The translations under genes and the position numbers were made by a program. A stretch of 32,099 nucleotides of DNA from an uncultured bacterium (GTDB taxonomy: Bacteria; Abyssobacteria; SURF-5), in contig CAZSKP010000045.1 of NCBI GenBank assembly GCA_964607485.1, positions 1 to 32,099 of the forward strand, in the 5' to 3' direction. Below are positions 9,083 through 17,088 of this stretch, piece by piece. How positions within the stretch are numbered: the first letter of the stretch is position 1; every line of letters starts with the position of its first letter. The notes below the pieces were generated by a model, which had not been told where the DNA came from, ran no database searches, and worked only from the letters and a program-made list of their open reading frames with translations.

Positions 9083-9104
9083 GTCGGTAGTCTCTCCTCG
9101 ATTC

Positions 9105-9341
9105 TCAGTCGCTCTCGTCCTCATCGACAAACTTGTAGACCTCGATCGCGAAATCGGGACACATGTTGCCGCAGGTTCCGCACGCGGAGCATTCTTCCCG
9201 GTTGATAAACTCGGGCAGAAGCGCCCCCGAAGACGTGAATTTATCCTTTGAAATCTGGATGCAGTTCTTCGGACAGTATTCCACGCACAGAGCGCAGCCC
9301 TTGCAGGAATACTCAATGATGACTATTTCGCCTTTGGCCAT
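9105..9341 (-). CDS. 2x[4Fe-4S] ferredoxin, delta subunit of the oxidoreductase
   Basis: CKGCALCVEYCP and CSACGTCGNMCPD. Confidence 0.95.
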   Translation of the reverse strand: MAKGEIVIIEYSCKGCALCVEYCPKNCIQISKDKFTSSGALLPEFINREECSACGTCGNMCPDFAIEVYKFVDEDESD

Positions 9342-9358
9342 TTTGTTCTCCGTTGTTC

Positions 9359-10324
9359 CTAGAAGTTCACACAGAACTCCGGTTTATCGCCCCTCGCGAC
9401 CCGCTTTATGCTTTTCGCGACCTGCGCGAAATTGCGCGCCCGCGATTCGACGGTGGATGTGGCCACGTGGGGAGTGAGCACGACGTTGTCCAGCTTGAGC
9501 AATTCGTCGTCGAGGCTGAGCGGCTCCTCCCAGAACACATCCAGCCCGGCGCCCGCTATCTTCCGCTCCTTCAGGGCGCGTACGAGGCCTTCTCTGTCCA
9601 CCAGTCCGGCACGCGCGATATTAATCAGGAAGGCTGTCTCCTTCATCATGCAGAGCTGCTCGTACCCTATCATGCGGCTCGTTTCCTCGTTCAGCGGGCA
9701 GTGGAGCGAAACGAAATCGCTCTCGACGAGAATCTTGGCAAGTTGCCCGATGCCGGCAAGGAAGTCAACGTCGGGACTGTGTATGTGCGCATGGCACGTG
9801 TCAACCGCGAGGATTGTCATGTCGAAGCTCTTGGCCCGTCGTGCGGCCTCTTTGCCGCTGTGGCCCAGGCCGACGAGGCCGAGCGTCTTGCCTCCCAGTT
9901 CCGAGCCAAGGGGCAGGAAGAAGACGCCCCTGCGCAGGTTCACCTGTGCCTCGTTGAGCTTGCGCGAGAGGAGCATCATCAGCGCAATCGTCAATTCGCC
10001 CATCGAGGCGGCGCTTCCATAAGGAACGTTCGCCACGTATATGTTTCGGCTTGTCGCCGCGTCGATATCCACGTTGTCGAGGCCCACGCCCGCCTGGACT
10101 ATCAGCTTAAGCTTCGGGGCGGCACCGATGACTTCGGCGTCTATCTTTGAAACGGCCGGTATCAGCACCTCGATGTCGGAGACCTGTTCTGGAAGAGGAG
10201 CGGAATCGTCCATGAACGCCAACTCGACGGGGAAGTCGCCCAGTTCCTCGTAAAAGGCCTGAATCGGGTTGCTCCCGGCGCTCGCCGGTGCGACTTTGGG
10301 AGATACGGCGATGAACACCTTCAT
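9359..10324 (-). CDS. D-isomer-specific 2-hydroxyacid dehydrogenase (NAD-dependent)
   Basis: GVGLDNVD, Rossmann GLVGLGHSG with acidic AVD, SLHCPL, NIAR (Arg), DVFWEEP (Glu), TPHVA (His). Confidence 0.93.
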   Translation of the reverse strand: MKVFIAVSPKVAPASAGSNPIQAFYEELGDFPVELAFMDDSAPLPEQVSDIEVLIPAVSKIDAEVIGAAPKLKLIVQAGVGLDNVDIDAATSRNIYVANVPYGSAASMGELTIALMMLLSRKLNEAQVNLRRGVFFLPLGSELGGKTLGLVGLGHSGKEAARRAKSFDMTILAVDTCHAHIHSPDVDFLAGIGQLAKILVESDFVSLHCPLNEETSRMIGYEQLCMMKETAFLINIARAGLVDREGLVRALKERKIAGAGLDVFWEEPLSLDDELLKLDNVVLTPHVATSTVESRARNFAQVAKSIKRVARGDKPEFCVNF

Positions 10325-10447
10325 TTTCACAAGCCTTCCGATTCAACCGATGTCAATGCCCCTTTGGGTGGCGGATGAAGGAACAGGAGCAAGGCGAAAA
10401 GAAAGATGGGAACCAATTGCATCCAACATACCGCAGAGGCTGACCAC

Positions 10448-10476
10448 ATTATAACAGGCGGGTCCTCAATTTTCAA
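10448..10476 (-). promoter_or_regulatory. sigma70-type promoter for the dehydrogenase/oxidoreductase operon
   Basis: Minus strand TTGAAA, 17 bp spacer, extended -10 TGtTATAAT. Confidence 0.7.
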
Positions 10477-10686
10477 TATGACACAGCCATGAGCGATTGG
10501 CTCATGAAACGTTCGGCTCGAGATCTTTCGGCAGATATCCACACGCCTGATCAAGCCTTACCGTCGGTCAACGTTATTGGCACTCCTATGGTTAGAGCGG
10601 CGAGAGGTTGACTGGTTGAATTAGAAGATACAAAAGAGAAACAGGGAGATTCGTCCGATGTTGCCAGCCTGCGGCAGCAACGCTCA

Positions 10687-12147
10687 TCATTCCTTTCCTT
10701 TGTCGTCTCCCGATGAGGCTTGCTTGCTTGCCGCCTGGAACTTCTCCAACTGGCCGCGATAGTATTCGATGTCCTCCGGCTCTTTAGCCATCGCCTCTCT
10801 TATGATCGCGATGGCGAGGTCGTACTCGCCCTGCGCATAATATGCCTCCGCCAGGGTGTCGATGTACCATGGCTGCGGCTGCTGCTCGACGGCCTCGTTG
10901 GCATGCTCGACGGCGGCCTCGGGGTCAAGGATATCCGGGTGCTTTGAGGTTGCCATGAGCCACGCAATCTCGTTGTGGGCTCCGGCCGACTCGATCGGAA
11001 GAATCTTTTCGTATATTTCCATAAGCTCGTTTCGCCTGTCGTTCTTCTCATACAATTCCATCAGGCGGAAGTAAGGGGGCTCATACCTGGGCTCGATCTC
11101 GATGGCCTTCAAGTATTCCTTTTCGGCCATCAGATCGTCGCCGCTCTGCCGGTACAGCTCTCCCAAAGCAGCGACGGGTACAGGCGAGTTGGGCCGAAGA
11201 GAGGCGGCGGCCTGGAACTCTGCGAAAGCCTCTTTCGTTTCGCCTGCTTGCATGCGGGCATGCCCTATCCCCATCCGGGCGTCGAAGTTGTCGGGGTCAA
11301 TCTGCATGACGGCGGACAGCAGCTCAACGGCGCGGGCGTAATCCGCGTCCGAAAGCGCGGTCTCGGCCTTTTTCAGAAGGATTGTCGTTTTGAGTCGGCG
11401 CGCCTCTTCGTTCCGCGCGTCCGTCTGGAGGGCGGCGGTGACGGCCGCCTCGGCCGCTTCAAGCTTATTCAACCTCAAGAAACAGAGCCCGAAAAGCGCC
11501 AGCACGTCGGGGTTGCCCGGCGCCACGTCCGCAGCCTTTCGCGCCAGCTCGAAGGCTTGCTCAAGTTCATCCGCATCCACAAAGTTGTGGGCCTGTTTCA
11601 GCAGCAGCTTGAGGTCCTCGGGCTTCCGGTCGAGTTGCTGCTCCAGCGCCTTGAGGGTGTTGCGGCCGGCCTTTACCTCTTTCAGCCATTGCAGCAGGAA
11701 ATCGGCGTCTCTATAGCCGGCCTTCCTGTCGATTTCGCCCTTCTCAAGGTCCGCGAATATGATGGCGGGAAATGTCTTCACGCGAAATCTTCGCACTATT
11801 TGGAGTTCCACATCTCCCCTGATCTTAACCGGGATGAACTCCTGCAGAGCCTGCACCACCCCGGCGTCGGTGAAGGTCCACTTGTCCATCATGTCACACG
11901 GCTGACACGAATCGCGCGTGAAGTAGATCATCAAAATGCGGCGCTGCTCCCGTGAGGAATCGCTTAGCGCCTCGAAGTATGTCACCCATTGAACCCGAGG
12001 GATTTCCGGAGAGGCGGCAAGTTCGCCCGTGGTCTCACCGGACGTTTCGTCGAGAACCGGCCTGCCCCGCGCGCAGCCGGCGGTCAGCGACAGCGCAAGC
12101 AGCAACGCGCACAAAACTCTGCAAGAACTCACGGTCCAGGCATTCAT
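10687..12147 (-). CDS. Lipoprotein with thioredoxin-like domain and multiple TPR repeats
   Basis: Signal peptide with lipobox LTAG-C, CQPC redox motif, cis-Pro TFP, then TPR helices and AWLMAT...DTLAEAYY. ATG 12147 overlaps the upstream stop (ATGA). Confidence 0.85.
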   Translation of the reverse strand: MNAWTVSSCRVLCALLLALSLTAGCARGRPVLDETSGETTGELAASPEIPRVQWVTYFEALSDSSREQRRILMIYFTRDSCQPCDMMDKWTFTDAGVVQALQEFIPVKIRGDVELQIVRRFRVKTFPAIIFADLEKGEIDRKAGYRDADFLLQWLKEVKAGRNTLKALEQQLDRKPEDLKLLLKQAHNFVDADELEQAFELARKAADVAPGNPDVLALFGLCFLRLNKLEAAEAAVTAALQTDARNEEARRLKTTILLKKAETALSDADYARAVELLSAVMQIDPDNFDARMGIGHARMQAGETKEAFAEFQAAASLRPNSPVPVAALGELYRQSGDDLMAEKEYLKAIEIEPRYEPPYFRLMELYEKNDRRNELMEIYEKILPIESAGAHNEIAWLMATSKHPDILDPEAAVEHANEAVEQQPQPWYIDTLAEAYYAQGEYDLAIAIIREAMAKEPEDIEYYRGQLEKFQAASKQASSGDDKGKE

Positions 12148-13898
12148 TTGTTTTCCGTCTCCGGCTCGGCGGTCGTCCCGACGCCCGCGAGCGATTTTTG
12201 CAGAAGCCGCACGCCGACGGTCACTCCCACGACTGCAATCAAGACTGCAAGCGGCGAGAAGAATCGATAGCCGGCGGCCAGCAGTAGATACCAGAATACG
12301 TAGGGGCCGAGCATCAATCTCTTCGCAAGCATGACCGTTAACAGAACGAGGGGCGCGGCGCCCGCTGCCACCAATGCGACGTTGAGCGCCCGGCGTGTCA
12401 GCCTCGGCCCCTGTTCGACCCACACCCATAGCAGCGCGGCGGGCGCGAGGAACAAACTCGCGGCAAACCCGTTGAGTACCAGGGCTATGACCGACAGCGT
12501 GGCAAAGGTGTCCAGACAAACGGCCTTCGAGCTGTCAAAATCCGGCCTTCCCCAAAGCGACAGCGCGCGGCGGATGACGCTGATCGCCACCCACGTCGCC
12601 ACGAACGTGGCCGCCACAATCGCGATAGCTCCCCACCGGGGATTATACAGGAAGGGATCAAAAGGAGTGGCGGGATAGAGCTCGTACCTCGGGATGAAAT
12701 TCGTGGATACCAACGCGTACAGGACCGCAAGCGCCGAGAGCCATGGCAGCACAAAGAGGACGATGTTGCCAAGCTCTGCGAACACATCGGCGAGAAACTT
12801 CTTGCGCGTCCTCAGATTATAATATTGAAAGCCTGTCGCCAAAACGAGGGGGAGAAAAAAGACTATCTGAAGTGTGAGCAGGCCCAGGCGGCCGACATAT
12901 GTCCGCTTGCCGGTCCGCAGGTAGTCGGGGTTGTTGTCCGTCGAGTAGTCGAGGGCATCGACCGAGCGCACCATCAACTCGGCGGCCCTGCCATAGATAT
13001 CGAAAAGCTCCGGCCTGAGGTTCTCGCTCGTATCGAGGGGGGTATGGTACACCTTCTGCGCCAGAGGGCTTTCGGAACGACTGGCGCCGAAATCGATGCC
13101 CGGAATCCCCTCACGCAAGAAAGGCCCCTGGTCGGTGCTGGAAATATCGACAGCATGGGACAGATATTGCGTGAGAAGCGTGGGCGATATGGGTTTGCCG
13201 CCGACCTTCGTCACACAATCCTCGGCGAGCAGCCACAGCCACATCGGAGCATATCCTCGGAATTGGCCCTCACCGAGCAGGTGCACCTTTTCCGGTTCTT
13301 CCAACGCCAAGAAGTCAAGGGAAATGACGGCGCGGATCCGCTTCGGGTCGGGATATTCTTTCACAAAATGCCGCGCTCCCAACATCCCCCACTCCTCGCC
13401 GTCCGACGCGATGAACACGAGCGTCTTTTCCTGCTCCTCTCGCGAAAGCACTCGTGCAAGCTCCAGAAGAACGCCGACGCCGCTCGCGTCGTCCATGGCG
13501 CCCTCTTGCACATGGAATGGTATATCGTAGTGCGCAATCATCACTATTGCGCCCTCGCGAACGCCCTCGTGAGTTCCTACGACGTTTTGACCTTCCATTC
13601 GGTGGCCGCCAATCCAGGCACTGAATTCCTGCTGTTGGGTCCGCAGGCCAAATCTCCGCATCTCCGATTCTATCCACTGCGCTGCGGCTCTGCCGTCGTC
13701 GGTTCCCATGGCCCTTCTTGGGTAGCGGGTCGCCAGACGCTCAGCCTCTTTGTATGCGGCCGAGGAGTTGAACAGAAGCTTCGCCTCCGCGACTCGCACT
13801 TTTTCCGCCTGGCTGCCGGTAGACCTCACGATGAGCGTTGCCAGCAGGATGGCGAGAGCGATGCTGATCGCCAGAATGGAACGTTGTAGCTCTGTCAT
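12144..13898 (-). CDS. M28-family metallopeptidase with C-terminal multi-pass membrane domain
   Basis: AHYD, GAMDDASG, DGEEWG, SLDF, TDQGPF, YHTPLD. N-terminal anchor and roughly 7-8 hydrophobic segments in the C-terminal ~240 aa. Confidence 0.9.
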   Translation of the reverse strand: MTELQRSILAISIALAILLATLIVRSTGSQAEKVRVAEAKLLFNSSAAYKEAERLATRYPRRAMGTDDGRAAAQWIESEMRRFGLRTQQQEFSAWIGGHRMEGQNVVGTHEGVREGAIVMIAHYDIPFHVQEGAMDDASGVGVLLELARVLSREEQEKTLVFIASDGEEWGMLGARHFVKEYPDPKRIRAVISLDFLALEEPEKVHLLGEGQFRGYAPMWLWLLAEDCVTKVGGKPISPTLLTQYLSHAVDISSTDQGPFLREGIPGIDFGASRSESPLAQKVYHTPLDTSENLRPELFDIYGRAAELMVRSVDALDYSTDNNPDYLRTGKRTYVGRLGLLTLQIVFFLPLVLATGFQYYNLRTRKKFLADVFAELGNIVLFVLPWLSALAVLYALVSTNFIPRYELYPATPFDPFLYNPRWGAIAIVAATFVATWVAISVIRRALSLWGRPDFDSSKAVCLDTFATLSVIALVLNGFAASLFLAPAALLWVWVEQGPRLTRRALNVALVAAGAAPLVLLTVMLAKRLMLGPYVFWYLLLAAGYRFFSPLAVLIAVVGVTVGVRLLQKSLAGVGTTAEPETENK

Positions 13899-14137
13899 GT
13901 GCGTATAGGTGGCCGGAGAATTCGCCTCAACATCGAGCCTTCGTCATACTATTTTGCCGGCGCATGTCAACCGACGAGGCTCCCGGAGATGACCCGCCCT
14001 GCAGAAAAACGCGTTATGTCTGCATCTCCATCAGGAGCCCAAGCGCACGAGAGGCCCGTTCCCGTGTCAGCTTTTTCATGGAAATCTCTTGACTGGATGT
14101 CCGACGAAGTATGTATTCTCGGCTGGCTGAAACGCTA

Positions 14138-14166
14138 CTATAACACAGCCGAAAAGTCAAATCAAG
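14138..14166 (-). promoter_or_regulatory. sigma70-type promoter pointing toward the M28 operon
   Basis: Minus strand TTGATT, 17 bp spacer, extended -10 TGtTATAGT. A second candidate (TTGACA-16-TATGAC) lies at about 13943-13970. Confidence 0.5.
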
Positions 14167-14199
14167 CATACGAGACACCGACGAGATTTCCCCGCTTTT

Positions 14200-14416
14200 C
14201 CCTCTCCTTTTTCTCTTCCTGCGAAAAGAGATAAGGGAAAACAGGAGGAGAGAGACCGTGAAGTTGTGCGAAGAGCAAGCTCAAGTGGAGAGATAAGGAA
14301 TGTCGCGTGCCCGGAAGAGGTCCTCGACCCCGTCGGTAACTAAGGTGGCCATTGCCGCGCGCCTGAAATGCCATAAAGAGCAGCGCAATGAGCGCCACGT
14401 GAATGGCTGTTTTCAT
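14200..14416 (-). pseudogene. Probable relic of a secreted, C-terminally anchored (IPTL-CTERM-like) protein gene
   Basis: MKTAIHVALIALLFMAFQA, then a +1 shift gives AAMATLVTDGVEDLFRARDIPYLST*ACSSHNFTVSLLLFSLISFRRKRKRR. The TGA at 14281-14283 falls where IPTL-CTERM has Trp. Confidence 0.4.
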
Positions 14417-14503
14417 TCCTAAAGAGGACCTCTCCATGTTGCGCCTCCCATCCAGCTTCACCACGAAAATCTTCCTTTTTTTCCCGGGTTGTGCAGTGTT
14501 GGG

Positions 14504-14519
14504 ACACTATATATTGTGT
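14504..14519. promoter_or_regulatory. NrdR box
   Basis: ACACTATATATTGTGT matches the consensus acaCwAtATaTwGtgt at all positions. Confidence 0.7.
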
Positions 14520-14543
14520 ATAACTTGTTAGTACTGTGGATAA
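14515..14543 (-). promoter_or_regulatory. Two co-oriented DnaA boxes
   Basis: Minus strand TTATCCACA (14535-14543) and TTATACACA (14515-14523), both fitting TTWTNCACA. Confidence 0.7.
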
Positions 14544-14649
14544 GTTGTGCCTCAAGAAGTCGCCCCTCCCGAACGGCACAGCACCTGTGCGCGTCAAAAG
14601 TCAATTCTCGGCAAAAAGTTACGAACACTCCCGGCCGGAGAGAATTCGC

Positions 14650-14678
14650 TTGAACCGATGAAACGGTTCTGATATAAT
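14650..14678 (+). promoter_or_regulatory. sigma70-type promoter for ilvE with overlapping palindrome
   Basis: TTGAAC, 17 bp spacer, extended -10 TGaTATAAT. GAACCG-N6-CGGTTC spans the -35 and spacer. Confidence 0.75.
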
Positions 14679-14756
14679 CACACATAGTCGGTCGGAGCGT
14701 AAATGCGACGCCACTCGTAATGTCCCATAGGATGACGGGCAGGAGAGAATAAAGCC

Positions 14757-15677
14757 ATGGAACACGGCAGATACGCCTATTTTGAGGGAAAGTTTATCCC
14801 TATTGAGGATGCCAAGATAAACATTATGACGCATGCCTTCAATTACGGGACGGGTGTGTTTGAGGGCATCCGTGGGTACTGGAACGCCGAGGAGAGCCAG
14901 CTCTATATATTCAAGCTGGAGGAACACTACACTCGAATGTTCAGGAATTTCAATCTGTTTCACATCGAGCTGCCCATCAGCATAGAGGACGCCTGCCGGA
15001 TAACGGTCGAACTGGCCCGGAAGAACGAATTTCGCCAGGACATGTATATCAGGCCGATCGCATATAAGAGTTCGTATGAGATAGGACCACGCATGCACAG
15101 TCTCGCGAACGAGTTTGCCATATTCAACATCCCCCTGGGAGACTATGTGAACACATCCAAAGGGTTGAACGTGATGGTGTCGAGCTGGCGCAGGATGCCC
15201 GATAACTGCATCCCCGCCCGCAGCAAGGCCACCGGCATCTACATAAATTCCGCGCTTGCCGCGACGGAAGCGAAAGAGAGCGGGTTCGACGAGGCCATCA
15301 TGCTCACTCAGGAGGGTTACGTTTCGGAGGGAAGCGCGATGAACCTTTTCATCGTGCGCAACGGCGATCTTATAACTACTCCCGTAACGGCGAACATACT
15401 GGAGGGGGTCACCCGCCAAACCATAATCCAGATAGCAAGCGAGCAGATGGACGTTGAGACCACGGTGAGACCAATCGACCGGACCGAGCTTTATGTTTCG
15501 GACGAGCTCTTTTTCTGCGGCACGGGAGCCCAGGTGGCGCCCGTGACATCAGTCGACCGCCGGCTGGTGGGCAACGGGAAACCGGGCGAGCTCACATTGA
15601 AGCTGCAATCCCTCTATTTCAATGTGGTCCAGAACAGGCTGCACGAGTATTCACGTTGGCTGACTCCGGTTTATTAA
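14757..15677 (+). CDS. ilvE: Branched-chain amino acid aminotransferase
   Basis: THAFNYGTGVFEGIRGY, YIRP, catalytic K in SKATGIY, EGSAMNLF, ILEGVTR, CGTGAQVAPV. AGGAG RBS. Confidence 0.97.
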   Translation: MEHGRYAYFEGKFIPIEDAKINIMTHAFNYGTGVFEGIRGYWNAEESQLYIFKLEEHYTRMFRNFNLFHIELPISIEDACRITVELARKNEFRQDMYIRPIAYKSSYEIGPRMHSLANEFAIFNIPLGDYVNTSKGLNVMVSSWRRMPDNCIPARSKATGIYINSALAATEAKESGFDEAIMLTQEGYVSEGSAMNLFIVRNGDLITTPVTANILEGVTRQTIIQIASEQMDVETTVRPIDRTELYVSDELFFCGTGAQVAPVTSVDRRLVGNGKPGELTLKLQSLYFNVVQNRLHEYSRWLTPVY

Positions 15678-15719
15678 GACGCTGAAACTGGTCGCGGCAG
15701 GATGCAGGTCCTTGTTTAG

Positions 15720-16802
15720 ATGATCGTTAAATGCGTCAGATGTAACAGGGAGTTTAGCTCCAGTCATTCACACACCCACGTCTGTCCCACATGCCATTTC
15801 GTATTCGGCGAAGGCGATACGTCCGACTTGAAGATAGTCCGGTCCTCCGACTTGGTGCGTCAGAGCACCGGCCATCACCTCCAGGAAGAAGCCGAGCAAA
15901 AGTGCGCGTTTCACCTCGATGCGGACGCAATAGGCCACTGCAAGTATTGTGGCAGGCCGGTCTGTTATGCTTGCGCCGTCGAAACAGAAGGCGGATGCTC
16001 CTGCGAACCTTGCAGCCAGAGCCTGAAGACCGCTCCGGCGGAGGAGCCCGCAGAGCAACGTGCCGAACCGCCGCAGGCGGAGGCGGAGAAATTAAGGCGA
16101 CAGACGGTCTCGCAGGTGATTGCCAGGGGGCCCTATGTGGCATGGGAATACCGTAGCCAGATAGGCCCAGTAAACGCGCTGTTTACCACCTGGCGTCACA
16201 CGCTTTTCAGGCCTCTGAGTTTTTTCCACGGTATCCCGATCGTGGGAGACTATCGCAGTCCGCTGCTTTACGGCTTGTTCTGGACGCTGGTGGGGTCGGC
16301 CGGGGGGTTTGCGTGGAAGCTCCTCCTCTACATCTATCCGACGCTCATCACATTTCTTGAGGGGAAGTCGGTACAACTCTCGCTTCAACTTTCCCAAACA
16401 TATGTCCTCGTTGCCGTGGCGCTGGTGCTTTCCCCCCTGCTCGCACTAATCATGCTCATGGCGGCCTGCGCAATCTACCACGTGTTCGTCGTCTTGTTCA
16501 CGCGGCAGCATGCGGGCTTTGAGGCAACCCTGAGGGTGATCTGCTACAGCACGGGCACCAACGTCTTCTTCTTTCTCCCGCTGCTGGGAGCATTTCTGGG
16601 GGGAATATGGCAGCTGGTCCTCGTGACGGCGGGACTCAAGGAGGTCCACCGGATTTCGTTCCCCTTGGCGCTCACGATAGCTCTTGTGCCCTACACCCTG
16701 CTTCTCATAGTCGCGATCGCGTTCATGGTGTGGGCTATTACGGGCAACAAGCTGGGTGTGGACGAGTTTCTCCAAGAGCTGGTTTTCTCACTCCGGCCAT
16801 GA
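15720..16802 (+). CDS. Zn-ribbon + B-box-like Zn finger + Yip1-domain membrane protein
   Basis: CVRC...CPTC, then CAFH-x8-CKYC-x4-CYAC...CEPC, then AWE, LFRPLSFF, GFEATLRVICYS, GLKEVH and about 5 TM segments (bacterial Yip1 pattern). Confidence 0.8.
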   Translation: MIVKCVRCNREFSSSHSHTHVCPTCHFVFGEGDTSDLKIVRSSDLVRQSTGHHLQEEAEQKCAFHLDADAIGHCKYCGRPVCYACAVETEGGCSCEPCSQSLKTAPAEEPAEQRAEPPQAEAEKLRRQTVSQVIARGPYVAWEYRSQIGPVNALFTTWRHTLFRPLSFFHGIPIVGDYRSPLLYGLFWTLVGSAGGFAWKLLLYIYPTLITFLEGKSVQLSLQLSQTYVLVAVALVLSPLLALIMLMAACAIYHVFVVLFTRQHAGFEATLRVICYSTGTNVFFFLPLLGAFLGGIWQLVLVTAGLKEVHRISFPLALTIALVPYTLLLIVAIAFMVWAITGNKLGVDEFLQELVFSLRP

Positions 16803-16845
16803 GAACAGCCCGGCGGCCTCCGCCACGCGCCGCTCCGTCTCGGAA

Positions 16846-17037
16846 CTATTTGTATGTCTGAGTGAATCTGCGGAACGACCTGTCATACGTCCTTTCGACA
16901 GAATCCGGGAAAAAGCACGCGGGCAGTTCCTTGCTTGACCGATGATAGGAAATGCATTCGCAGCAGACTCCCTTCCTGCTGCAGGGTTCGTACGTGCAGT
17001 TGCATTCTTGAAGATTGCGCTCCTTGTTGCACTCCAT
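16846..17037 (-). CDS. Small Cys-rich protein (DUF6485-like)
   Basis: [21 protein letters not shown]...LPACFF...ERTYDRS. AAAGGAG RBS. Confidence 0.8.
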   Translation of the reverse strand: MECNKERNLQECNCTYEPCSRKGVCCECISYHRSSKELPACFFPDSVERTYDRSFRRFTQTYK

Positions 17038-17088
17038 TAAGACGCTCTCCTTTCCTCACTTCGTGTTGCGTGTTAACGTGCCGGCGGC

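Noticed and set aside
9083-9316. N-terminal extension of the alpha subunit in the ORF track
   Set aside because: It overlaps the ferredoxin gene in another frame; the real start with RBS is at 9082.
10489-10507. Palindrome CATGAGC-GATTG-GCTCATG upstream of the dehydrogenase promoter
   Set aside because: Short, with no U-tract and no second copy; cannot be distinguished from chance, though an operator is not excluded.
12148-12519. N-terminal extension of the thioredoxin-TPR ORF
   Set aside because: It overlaps the M28 gene; the signal peptide and ATGA coupling indicate a start at 12147.
14281-14283. TGA read-through (Trp or Sec recoding) in the IPTL-like relic
   Set aside because: TGA is the normal stop for many genes in this window and a frameshift is also needed, so decay is the simpler explanation.
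14162-14464. Intact 100-aa minus-strand ORF as a real gene
   Set aside because: Only its signal-peptide-like part looks protein-like; the more convincing continuation is in another frame.
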